From contig CAYOXO010000006.1 in NCBI GenBank assembly GCA_964407945.1, positions 3 to 64,002 of the forward strand: 64,000 nucleotides of DNA, in the 5' to 3' direction. The translations under genes were made by a program, and so were the position numbers. The notes under the pieces were generated by a model, which saw only the letters and a list, made by a program, of their open reading frames with translations, ran no database searches and was not told where the DNA came from. Numbering within the stretch: the stretch's first letter is position 1; each line of letters opens with the position of its first letter. Shown in pieces: positions 39,405-48,233 of this stretch. The stretch is from an uncultured Stakelama sp. GTDB taxonomy: Bacteria; Pseudomonadota; Alphaproteobacteria; Sphingomonadales; Sphingomonadaceae.

Positions 39405-40982
39405 ATGGCCACCGCCGCGCAAGACCCCGCCGCTCCCCCCGCCCCGCCCCCCTTGGGCGCGGCGCTGCCGGTGCGCAACAAGGGACTGCTGACCTTCGGC
39501 GTGATGCTGGCGACGATCATCCAGATCCTCGACACCACCATCGCCAATGTCGCGCTGCCGCACATGCAGACCTCGCTCGGCGCGACGGCGGACACGATCA
39601 CCTGGGTGCTGACGAGCTATATCGTCGCCTCCGCGATCGCGATCCCGATCACCGGCTGGGTCTCCGACCGGATCGGCTCGCGCAACCTGTTCCTCATCTC
39701 GATCGTCGGCTTCGTCGTCGCCTCGGCGCTGTGCGGCATGGCCCAGAATCTCGAGGAAATGGTGTTCTTCCGCGTGTTGCAGGGGATCTCGGCGGCATTC
39801 ATGAACCCGCTCAGCCAGACCGTGATGCTCGACATCAACGAGCCCAAGGACCAGCAGCGCGCGATGGCGGTGTGGGGCATGGGCATCATGATCGGCCCGA
39901 TCCTCGGCCCCGTGCTCGGCGGCTATCTGACCGAGAACTTCAACTGGCGCTGGGTATTCTACGTCAACCTGCCGCTCGGTGCGATCTGCCTCGTCATCCT
40001 GTGGTGGCTGCTGCCCAGCCGCCCGATCCGCAGGCGCGGCTTCGACGTGTTCGGCTTCTCGCTGCTCGCCATCGGCATCGGCGCGCTGCAGCTGATGCTC
40101 GACCGCGGCCAAGGCGAAGACTGGTTCAGCTCCACCGAAGTCTGGGTCGAGATGCTCGCCGCGGTGATCGCGCTATGGATGTTCGTGGTCCACATGGCGA
40201 CCGGCAAGAATCCGATGTTCGAACGCGGGCTATGGAAGAACCGCAACCTCGTCACTGCGCTCGCCTTCATGCAGGTGGTCGGCGTGGTGATGATGGCGAC
40301 GATGGCGCTGCTGCCACCGATGCTCCAGGCCCTCTACGGCTATCCGGTGGTCGATACCGGGCTGTTGCTGATGCCGCGCGGGATCGGCGTGCTGGTGACG
40401 ATGGCGTTGTCGGCCCGGCTGATCGCGCGCGGTCTCGACCCGCGCATCGCGGTCGGTCTCGGCTTCGCGCTCGCCGCCTGGTCGCTCTATGATATGACAC
40501 GATGGACGCTCGAGATGGGCAGTACGCCGTTCATCGTCTCGGGCTTCATCCAGGGACTGGGCATGGGCCTGATCTTCATGCCCTTGAACGGCATGGCCTT
40601 CGCCACCCTCTCCCCGCACCAGCGGACCGAAGCGGCGAGCCTGCTCAACCTGTCACGCAACATCGGCGCGTCGATCGGCATCTCCGCGGTGACGACCGTT
40701 CTCGCGCGCGGAAGCCAGACCAGCCATGCCGACCTCGTCCAGCACATCACCCCCGAACGGCTTCAGACGCTCGATCCGGGCATCATCGCCAATCTCGGTG
40801 GCCCGACCGACGCGCTGCTGGCGATGGCCAATGCGGAAGTGACGCGCCAGGCGGCGATGATCGCCTATCTGAACGACTTCAAGGCGATGATGATCGTCAC
40901 CGCCCTGTCGGTCCCCCTGGTATTCTTCCTCAAGAAGCCGAAGGGACCGGTGGAGAATGATCCGGCAGCTGCGGGGCACTGA
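39405..40982 (+). CDS. emrB: EmrB/QacA (DHA2) MFS efflux transporter
   Basis: LDTTIANVALP, WVLTSY, GPILGPVLGG, WRWVFYVNLP, LDRGQ; many hydrophobic segments. Confidence 0.93.
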   Translation: MATAAQDPAAPPAPPPLGAALPVRNKGLLTFGVMLATIIQILDTTIANVALPHMQTSLGATADTITWVLTSYIVASAIAIPITGWVSDRIGSRNLFLISIVGFVVASALCGMAQNLEEMVFFRVLQGISAAFMNPLSQTVMLDINEPKDQQRAMAVWGMGIMIGPILGPVLGGYLTENFNWRWVFYVNLPLGAICLVILWWLLPSRPIRRRGFDVFGFSLLAIGIGALQLMLDRGQGEDWFSSTEVWVEMLAAVIALWMFVVHMATGKNPMFERGLWKNRNLVTALAFMQVVGVVMMATMALLPPMLQALYGYPVVDTGLLLMPRGIGVLVTMALSARLIARGLDPRIAVGLGFALAAWSLYDMTRWTLEMGSTPFIVSGFIQGLGMGLIFMPLNGMAFATLSPHQRTEAASLLNLSRNIGASIGISAVTTVLARGSQTSHADLVQHITPERLQTLDPGIIANLGGPTDALLAMANAEVTRQAAMIAYLNDFKAMMIVTALSVPLVFFLKKPKGPVENDPAAAGH

Positions 40983-41604
40983 GCAGCCAGCGCCGTACAG
41001 ACACCAGCGGCACCAGGCTACCGAGCAGCGCCATCGCCATGTCCTTGGGCGCGTCGAACATATCGCCCTGCTGCCCGTTATACTGGTCTGCCGCCTCGGC
41101 GTTCATGCCGATGGTCAGCAGCCATTCGAAGATCTCGTAGAGCGCGCCGATCGCCAGCACGGCGAGCACCATGACCAGGATCGCCATGCGCCGGGTCAGT
41201 CCGGCATAGCGGATACCGATCTCGACCAGCGGCCGCGCGAAGCACAGGCCCGACGCGAAATGCACTAGCCGGTCGAACATGTTGCGCTCGAACCCCAGCG
41301 CCGTGTCGATGCTGAACCCGAACGCCGCCTGTCCCCAGGCATCGTACGGCACGCTGCTATAGGTCCAGCGCGCCGCGAACAGATGCAGCAGGATGAAGGC
41401 GCAGACCCAGCCCACGCTGGCATTGCTCAGCGGCCAGCGCCGCAACGCCCACCAGCCGAGGATAACGCCGACGACGACCGGCCCGACCTGAAGCCAGGTG
41501 TTGGGCGGATACACCGCTCCCACCGCGCTCAGTGGCACGCCCGCCAGACAGGCGAGCAGCCACCATCGCTGCGCGGCGGGAAGGCGTATCCGCCCGATGC
41601 TCAC
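40930..41604 (-). CDS. DUF2238 (YjdF-like) membrane protein
   Basis: WTYSSVP, RNMFDRLVHF, YEIFEW, YNGQQGDMFDAPKDM; GTGA overlap with the asd stop. Confidence 0.82.
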   Translation of the reverse strand: MSIGRIRLPAAQRWWLLACLAGVPLSAVGAVYPPNTWLQVGPVVVGVILGWWALRRWPLSNASVGWVCAFILLHLFAARWTYSSVPYDAWGQAAFGFSIDTALGFERNMFDRLVHFASGLCFARPLVEIGIRYAGLTRRMAILVMVLAVLAIGALYEIFEWLLTIGMNAEAADQYNGQQGDMFDAPKDMAMALLGSLVPLVSVRRWLLSAPQLPDHSPPVPSAS

Positions 41605-42626
41605 GCCTTTTTGAGGTGCCGGCGGCCGAGCAGTTCGGCGATCTGCACCGCGTTGAGCGCCGCGCCCTTGCGGAGGTTGTCGCTCACGCACCAGAAGGCG
41701 AGGCCGTTTTCAACGGTCGAATCCTCGCGCACGCGGCTGACGAAGGTCGCATAGTCGCCGACGCACTCGATCGGGGTGACATAGCCGCCATCCTCGCGCT
41801 TATCGACCAGCATGATCCCCGGCGCCTCGCGCAGGATCTTCTGCGCGTCCTCGGCCGACAGCTCGCGCTCCAGCTCGACATTGACCGCTTCCGAGTGGCC
41901 GACGAACACCGGCACGCGCACGCAGGTCGCGGTCACCTTCACCTTGGGATCGAGGATCTTCTTGGTCTCGACGACCATCTTCCACTCTTCCTTGGTGTAG
42001 CCGTCGTCCAGGAAGCTGTCGATGTGCGGGATCACGTTGAACGCGATCTGCTTGGTGAACTTCCTGGGCTCGGCGGAATCGCCGACGAAGATGTTGCGCG
42101 ACTGTTCGAACAGCTCGTCCATGCCGTCCTTGCCCGCGCCCGACACCGACTGATAGGTCGCGACGACGACGCGCTTGACCCCCGCGGCATCGTGCAGCGG
42201 CTTCAGCGCCACCACCATCTGCGCAGTCGAGCAGTTCGGGTTGGCGATGATGTTCTTGGCCTTGTAGCCGTCGATCGCCTCCGGGTTCACTTCCGGCACG
42301 ATCAGCGGCACGTCGGGGTCCATGCGATAGAGCGAGCTGTTGTCGATCACGGTGCAGCCCGCCGCGGCGAAGCGCGGGGCGTGAACCTTGGTCGCCTCGC
42401 TGCCGATCGCGAACAGCGCCATGTCCCAGCCGGTCGGATCGAAATGCTCGATATTCTGGATCTTGTACTGTTTTCCGGTTTCGCCGAAATCGACCATGTC
42501 GCCGGTCGAGCGCGAGGAGGCGAGCACCGCCAGCTCGTCGATCGGGAATTCCCGCTCGGCCAGGATGTTGAGCATTTCACGACCGACATTGCCGGTAGCG
42601 CCTGCGACAACGACACGATAACCCAT
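41601..42626 (-). CDS. asd: Aspartate-semialdehyde dehydrogenase
   Basis: GATGNVG, IIANPNCST, TYQSVSGAG, DNLRKGAALNAVQIAE. Confidence 0.97.
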   Translation of the reverse strand: MGYRVVVAGATGNVGREMLNILAEREFPIDELAVLASSRSTGDMVDFGETGKQYKIQNIEHFDPTGWDMALFAIGSEATKVHAPRFAAAGCTVIDNSSLYRMDPDVPLIVPEVNPEAIDGYKAKNIIANPNCSTAQMVVALKPLHDAAGVKRVVVATYQSVSGAGKDGMDELFEQSRNIFVGDSAEPRKFTKQIAFNVIPHIDSFLDDGYTKEEWKMVVETKKILDPKVKVTATCVRVPVFVGHSEAVNVELERELSAEDAQKILREAPGIMLVDKREDGGYVTPIECVGDYATFVSRVREDSTVENGLAFWCVSDNLRKGAALNAVQIAELLGRRHLKKA

Positions 42627-42882
42627 GTGAGACCCTTTCATGCGGTCAAGCCGCCCGGAGTTCGGGCAGCGACATAGTCATTTTTCGGTAGGAAGTCAGC
42701 GGGCCGTTCGCCCGCCGGTTGAAGATGTTTCGCGGCATAACCCGAACGCCACGACCGGCTGGTTCAGCGGGTCGTGTTCCGGGTGGTCATAATGGGCCGT
42801 TTTCGAAACATGAGCGCGCCCCTAGCAGCGCAATTGCGCGGGCGATAGCGAATTTCTTCTTTCGTTGCGGTGAAGCGCGGGT

Positions 42883-43653
42883 TCACTCCACCGGCGGCAC
42901 CCGGCTCGATACCAGCTCGCCCTGCTTGCGTTCGATCGACCACAGCAGCCGCGGCTCGACCGGATCCCAGTCGATCGCCTGCCCACCCGTCGGCACCGCC
43001 ACCGTCGCAACATGATCCAGCACCGTTCCCGCCGGCGGCAGCTTCAGCACATAGAGCTCGGGCAGATCATGTCCGGTGACATAGAGATAGCCGTCGCGGT
43101 TCCACCGCCCGCCCGACGAACTGTACGGCGCCATCCGCGCCAGCACGGTTTCCGGGAACAGCCACGCGCCCTGCTCGACGAAGTTGGCGTCATAGCGCAC
43201 CAGCGTCGTCCAGCGGTGATCCTTGCCCGGCTCGCCGCCCTTCTTGCCGTAATGGGCGAAGCACGCCCACCAGCTCCCGTCATGCCAGTCGAGCCAGGTC
43301 AGCGACCCCTTGCCCGGCCCCAGGCTGCGGCTCGCCACCGGCTTGAGCGTCCTGGCATCGAAGGTCTCGATCGAGCTCGCCTGCGGCACCGCAGGATAGT
43401 TTGACGCCGCACACACCAGCAACCGTCCTTTCAGGACACAGCTGTTGATGTGCGGATAGCGCGCCTTCTCCCCTTCGAACCGCGCCACGGTCCGGCCCGT
43501 CCGCCGGTCGATCCGCGCAATCACATTATTGTCGATCGCATAGAGGTCGCGCGGCCCCGCCGCGACGCCCTGATCGGCGTCCGGCGCAGGTACGCGCGAG
43601 ACTTCGGTCGCGGTCAGCGACGCCTGCAGCGCAAGGGCGAGTATCAGGCCCAT
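42883..43653 (-). CDS. Uncharacterised, probably secreted protein (beta-propeller-like)
   Basis: Short hydrophobic N-terminus; beta-rich repeats; TGATG overlap with the upstream TBDR stop. Confidence 0.7.
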   Translation of the reverse strand: MGLILALALQASLTATEVSRVPAPDADQGVAAGPRDLYAIDNNVIARIDRRTGRTVARFEGEKARYPHINSCVLKGRLLVCAASNYPAVPQASSIETFDARTLKPVASRSLGPGKGSLTWLDWHDGSWWACFAHYGKKGGEPGKDHRWTTLVRYDANFVEQGAWLFPETVLARMAPYSSSGGRWNRDGYLYVTGHDLPELYVLKLPPAGTVLDHVATVAVPTGGQAIDWDPVEPRLLWSIERKQGELVSSRVPPVE

Positions 43654-46307
43654 CAGAACTTCGCCGACACGCCGCCCCAGAAGGTACGCCCATAGCGTTC
43701 CTGCTGAATCAACCAGTCGGTGCGGTCGCCCTGATACTGCCGGGTCGGCTCGTCGGTCAGGTTCTGCGCCTCGGCAAAGACCGAGATATTGTCGGTGACC
43801 TTGAACCGGATCTTGGCGTCGAGTCGGCGCAGATCGTCATTATACTGGTCCTGGAAGGGCAGCCCGCCCACCGCGATCAGCGACGCGCCGGTATTGTGAT
43901 ACGCGATCGACGCCTCGACCGGTCCGGCCTGGTAGAAGAGCTGAGCGCCATAGAGGAACTCGGACTGGCTCGGGAAGGTCGAGCTGCGACCATTGGGCAA
44001 GGTCAGCGTCGAACTCACCAGCGTCCCGTTCATCTCGATACCGAAGCCCGAGAGGAAGCCCGGCAGGAAGGTGAACTGCATCTGGAATGCAGCTTCGGCG
44101 CCGATCAGCTTCGCGCTGTCCGCGTTCATCGGCTGCGAGGTGCTCAGCCGTTCGAAATTGAGCCCCGCGAAGCTCGTGTTGGTCAGCAAATTGTTCTGCG
44201 TGAAGATCGGGTTGTCGATGAACTTGGCGAAGGCACCGACCGACAGCAGCCCGCCCTTGGCGAAATAATATTCGGCCGAGATGTCGATGCTGTCGGCGCG
44301 ATAGGGCTTCAGGTTCGGATTACCGGTCGAGAAGCTGCCCTCGTAGCTCCCGTTGCCATTGCCATCCTCATAGCTCAGCGATCCGCCCGGCGAGAGCTGG
44401 CTGTAGTTCGGCCGACCGAGGTTGCGAGTATAGGCGATGCGGAAGCTGTATTTGTCGCCCGCATCGATGCGGATGATCAGGCTCGGCAGCCAGTCCGAAT
44501 AATTGTTCTCGGCATTCACCGGCACCACGGTCGTGCCGTTCTGCAGCCGCGATCCGGTGACCTTGCTCGTCGTGCGCTCGTAGCGCAGGCCGGGCGTGAT
44601 CGTCGCATAGCCGGACTTGATCGTCGCCTGAGCATAGGCTGCCCACACATCCTCCTGGATGAAGATGTCGTTGAGCGTCGCATTGGCGAGGCTCGCGGCG
44701 GTGTCGCGCACGAAATACGCGCTGGTGAGGTTGCCCTTGGTCCAGTCGCGGATCGCGCTGGAACTGATCGTCGGACCGTTCAGATAGGGCCGGTCGTCAC
44801 CGTCGGGATAGGTCCGCACCGGCTCGCCCTGCAGGTTGAACTGACCCAGCGTGAAGCGCGTCGCCGCATTGCCGCCGCGCGTCCACGTGTCGTTGCGCGC
44901 GTCGAAGCTCTTGTCGGTAGCGCGATACTTGGCGCCCAGCTTGACGTTGCTGCCCTCGCCCAGCGCCGCGATGTTCCAGGTCAGGTCGATCTTGCCCTGC
45001 CAGATATCCTCGTCGCCGGTCTCCATCTGCTCCGTGTACTGACGGAAGCCCAGCTGGTTCGCGGTGCATTCGGTACGCGGGGTCGCGGCGAAGACCTTCT
45101 CGCGAAAGTCGAAATCGACCGTGCCGGGATTGCAGCGGAACTGCCACAACTGGTTGGGTTCGCGCACCTCGTTGTGCACCCGCGCAAGGACGTAGTCGAG
45201 CTTCACGTCGCCGAACCGGCTCGACCCACCCAGCATCCCGGCCAGGATCGACTTTTCCTTGTACTCGAGCCGCAGGTCCTGCCGCCGCTCAGGCGAAACC
45301 GGAGCGATTGCCGGCCCGCCCGGCCCCGCCGACACCGCCGGGGTCTCGAACGTCGTGCCGGTGCCGTCGGCGTTGAACACGATCGCTGGAGAGAGCCCGC
45401 GCGCGACACGCTGCCGGTTCGACTCGACAAACCCCTCGGTCATGAAATCGAGGCGATAGCGCTGGCGATACTCGTCCTCGGTGAACTTGGAATAGATGCC
45501 ACGCAGGTAGATTTCATGATCGTCGTTCGGCCGCCAGTCGAGCGATCCCGCCGCGCCGATCCGCTCACGCTTCAGACTATAGTCGGTGTGCTTGATGTTG
45601 ACCGGCATCATGCCGCCGCGCGGCGCACCCGCCACCGGGCGCCAGTCGTCGGGATAGACGCCATAGCTGGTGAAGGTGCGCTCGGAATAGCTGCCGCCCA
45701 GCAGCACGCCGAACTCTTCGTTCGCGCCGAACCGCCCACCGACGCTGACGTCACCGCGCACCGGCACCTTGTCGTTGAGCTCCTGATAGCCCGCCTGCAC
45801 ATTGGCCTGGACGATGAAGCGTTCGCGAAAGTCGAACGCGGTCTGCGGGACCAGATTGATCGACCCGCCGATCCCCTGCCCGTCCTGATCCGCGGTCTTG
45901 GCCTTGGTTACCTCGACCCGGTTGAGCAGTTGGCCCGACACGATGTCGAGCGGCAACGAGCGGCTCTGCCCGTCGGGATTGCCGATCTCCACGCCATTGA
46001 AGGTATAGTTGTTGAGGTCCGACGGGATGCCGCGGATCGCGACATAGCGCCCCTCGCCCTGATCATAGGTGACGCCCAGCCCCGGCAGCCGCTCGACCAC
46101 CTCGGCAACGTTGCGGTCAGGCAACCGCCCGATCTCGTCTGCTGCCGCCACGTCCATGATCCCGATCGCGTTGCGCTTGATCTCGATCGCACGTTCCTGC
46201 TGCGCACGCTGGCCGGTGACGACGACCTCCTCGCCCTCCGCTTCCTGCGCGTGCGCAGTCAGGACAAACGCCGGCAAGGCAGCGGTGGCGAGCAACAGCT
46301 TCTTCAT
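43653..46307 (-). CDS. TonB-dependent receptor
   Basis: MKKLLLATAALP..AHA-Q signal, VVVTGQR, IGRLPDRNVAEVVERLPG, DQGEGRYVAIRG, GNPNLKP, C-terminal Phe. Confidence 0.93.
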   Translation of the reverse strand: MKKLLLATAALPAFVLTAHAQEAEGEEVVVTGQRAQQERAIEIKRNAIGIMDVAAADEIGRLPDRNVAEVVERLPGLGVTYDQGEGRYVAIRGIPSDLNNYTFNGVEIGNPDGQSRSLPLDIVSGQLLNRVEVTKAKTADQDGQGIGGSINLVPQTAFDFRERFIVQANVQAGYQELNDKVPVRGDVSVGGRFGANEEFGVLLGGSYSERTFTSYGVYPDDWRPVAGAPRGGMMPVNIKHTDYSLKRERIGAAGSLDWRPNDDHEIYLRGIYSKFTEDEYRQRYRLDFMTEGFVESNRQRVARGLSPAIVFNADGTGTTFETPAVSAGPGGPAIAPVSPERRQDLRLEYKEKSILAGMLGGSSRFGDVKLDYVLARVHNEVREPNQLWQFRCNPGTVDFDFREKVFAATPRTECTANQLGFRQYTEQMETGDEDIWQGKIDLTWNIAALGEGSNVKLGAKYRATDKSFDARNDTWTRGGNAATRFTLGQFNLQGEPVRTYPDGDDRPYLNGPTISSSAIRDWTKGNLTSAYFVRDTAASLANATLNDIFIQEDVWAAYAQATIKSGYATITPGLRYERTTSKVTGSRLQNGTTVVPVNAENNYSDWLPSLIIRIDAGDKYSFRIAYTRNLGRPNYSQLSPGGSLSYEDGNGNGSYEGSFSTGNPNLKPYRADSIDISAEYYFAKGGLLSVGAFAKFIDNPIFTQNNLLTNTSFAGLNFERLSTSQPMNADSAKLIGAEAAFQMQFTFLPGFLSGFGIEMNGTLVSSTLTLPNGRSSTFPSQSEFLYGAQLFYQAGPVEASIAYHNTGASLIAVGGLPFQDQYNDDLRRLDAKIRFKVTDNISVFAEAQNLTDEPTRQYQGDRTDWLIQQERYGRTFWGGVSAKF

Positions 46308-46359
46308 TGGAAATCCCCTTGTGGTCGGGGCGCGGCTAGGCCGCCTTCGCGACTGCAGC

Positions 46360-46410
46360 ATGAAGCGTCCATGACGCTACGGCGTCCGCGGGATGACGCA
46401 TCGATGACGT
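46360..46410 (-). promoter_or_regulatory. Four Pho-box-like half-sites in 11-bp phase
   Basis: Minus strand ACGTCAT-N4-GCGTCAT ... GCGTCAT-N4-GCTTCAT; plus-strand starts 46360, 46371, 46393, 46404. Confidence 0.65.
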
Positions 46411-46490
46411 TGCGATCGCGCCACGCGGTGGACGAAACCGCGCTGCGTCGCCTAAGACTGACCCCAGATCGAACCCTGGGAGACGATGCC

Positions 46491-47465
46491 TTGGCCGAAC
46501 CTTTCGTGCGCCCCGACGTCCGCGCGCTGCTCGATATGCTCGCCGCGATGCCCCAGCCGGAATGGCCGCCCCAGCCCGCCGTCTATCGTGCGCAATATGC
46601 CGCGATGAAGGATCTGGTGGACATCCCCGCGGGCGAGCTGGCGCTGATCCGCGATCTCGCCATCCCCGGCCCGGCCGGCACGATCCCCGCCCGGCTGTTC
46701 GATGCGCGCGAACGCCGTGAGCCCGGCCCCGTGCTGGTCTTCTTCCATGGTGGCGGCTTCGTCATCGGCGATATCGACACCCATGCCTCGATCGTTGCGG
46801 AGATGGCGCGCACGCTCGACCTGCCGATCGTCTCGGTCGACTATCGCCTCGCGCCCGAGCACCCCTGGCCCGCCGCGTCGGACGATGCCGAAGCTGCGGC
46901 ACGCTGGGTCGCTTCCGGACCGGCAGAGCTTGGCCGCGCGGTCACCTCGATCGCGGTCGCGGGCGACAGCGCCGGCGGTCAGATGTCGGCGGTCGCCGCC
47001 ATCGAGCTGCGCGACCGGCCTGCTGCGGTGCCGGTGATCGCCCAGCTGCTGATCTATCCCGCCGCCGATCTGCGCGTCGACTATCCCTCGCTCGACGCCT
47101 TTGCCGAGGGGTATCTGCTCACGAAACGCGGCATGGACTGGTTCTCTGAATGCTATGCGGCCGACGTCGCACACCCGCGCGCTTCGCCGATGGCCAATGA
47201 AACGCTCGCCGGACTGCCGCCCGCAGTGATCGTCACCGCCAGCCTGGACCCGATCCGCGATCAGGGCCGCGCCTATGCCGCCGCATTGATCGGCGCGGGC
47301 GTGCCGGTGGTATTCCGTGAAGCCGCGGGCAACATCCACGGCTTCATCACGCTGCGCCGCGCGATCCCGTCGGCGCAGGGCGATGTCGCGGGCATGCTCG
47401 CCGCATTCAAGGACGTACTGGTCGAAGCCGAAGCCAATCGCGTGATGGTGCAGGCGGCGGCATGA
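46491..47465 (+). CDS. HSL-family (family IV) esterase/lipase
   Basis: FFHGGGF, VDYRLAPEHPWP, GDSAGG, DPIRD, HGF; RBS GGAGA before a TTG start. Confidence 0.92.
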   Translation: MAEPFVRPDVRALLDMLAAMPQPEWPPQPAVYRAQYAAMKDLVDIPAGELALIRDLAIPGPAGTIPARLFDARERREPGPVLVFFHGGGFVIGDIDTHASIVAEMARTLDLPIVSVDYRLAPEHPWPAASDDAEAAARWVASGPAELGRAVTSIAVAGDSAGGQMSAVAAIELRDRPAAVPVIAQLLIYPAADLRVDYPSLDAFAEGYLLTKRGMDWFSECYAADVAHPRASPMANETLAGLPPAVIVTASLDPIRDQGRAYAAALIGAGVPVVFREAAGNIHGFITLRRAIPSAQGDVAGMLAAFKDVLVEAEANRVMVQAAA

Positions 47466-47953
47466 TCGATCGCGACGCTCTCCCCTACCGCCCCTGTGCC
47501 GGGGTGATGCTGCTCAACCGCGACGGACAGGTCTTCGTCGGCCAGCGCCTCGATTCCACGCTCGAGGCGTGGCAGATGCCGCAAGGCGGGATCGACCCGG
47601 GCGAGGACGCGCTCGAGGCCGCCTATCGCGAATTATGGGAGGAAACCGGCGTCGCCCGCGGTGCGGTCGAGTTCGTCGCAGAGGCGCCCGAGGAGCTGCA
47701 ATATGACCTGCCCGACGATTTGATCGGCAAGGTGTGGAAGGGCAAATGGCGCGGCCAGCGTCAGCGCTGGTTCCTCTTCCGCCTCACCGCGGGGGACGAG
47801 GCGATCGACATCGCGACCGCCCACCCCGAATTCCGCGCCTGGCGCTGGATCGACCCCGCCGAACTGCCGCAGGTCATCGTCCCCTTCAAGCGCGCGCTCT
47901 ACGCCCGCCTGCTCGAGCTCTTTGCCGGGCCGCTCGGTCTGGCCAGGCCATAG
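47462..47953 (+). CDS. rppH: RNA pyrophosphohydrolase (Nudix)
   Basis: YRPCAG, WQMPQGGID...RELWEETG, RGQRQRWF, IVPFKR. Confidence 0.95.
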   Translation: MIDRDALPYRPCAGVMLLNRDGQVFVGQRLDSTLEAWQMPQGGIDPGEDALEAAYRELWEETGVARGAVEFVAEAPEELQYDLPDDLIGKVWKGKWRGQRQRWFLFRLTAGDEAIDIATAHPEFRAWRWIDPAELPQVIVPFKRALYARLLELFAGPLGLARP

Positions 47954-48007
47954 CCTCAACTGGCCGCCGAACCGGGGAAGGGCCAATCGTCAGCATTACG
48001 AATAGCC

Positions 48008-48114
48008 CGTCATCCCGGCCTTGTGCCGGGATCCACCGGGAGGCGGGCTGGAAGCAAGAGTCCCCATCGCATCGGGTGCAGCACCGTGGATCCCGGCACA
48101 AGGCCGGGATGACG
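48008..48114. repeat. CGTC-type REP-like palindromic element (copy 2)
   Basis: CGTCATCCCGGCCTTGTGCCGGGATCCAC...GTGGATCCCGGCACAAGGCCGGGATGACG; arms nearly identical to 9002-9108. Confidence 0.88.
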
Positions 48115-48170
48115 GCGAAGAGGTGGCGACCGCCGCTGGCCCGCCCCCACCGCTGTACCGCGAGACAAGA

Positions 48171-48214
48171 TTCCGGTTCCGCCACTCCGCAATACGGGAA
48201 TGGCGGAACCGGAA
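48171..48214 (-). terminator. Hairpin after the TBDR stop
   Basis: TTCCGGTTCCGCCA...TGGCGGAACCGGAA, 14-bp stem. Confidence 0.65.
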
Positions 48215-48233
48215 AGGCTTCAGTCCGAACCCA

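Noticed and set aside
42627..42882. Possible sRNA or small ORF (42719-43015) upstream of asd
   Set aside because: No recognisable RNA family, RBS or terminator; could simply be the asd promoter region.
43896..47465. 1189-aa plus-strand ORF
   Set aside because: Antisense shadow of the TBDR running in frame into the real esterase (start ~46491); typical of high-GC codon bias.
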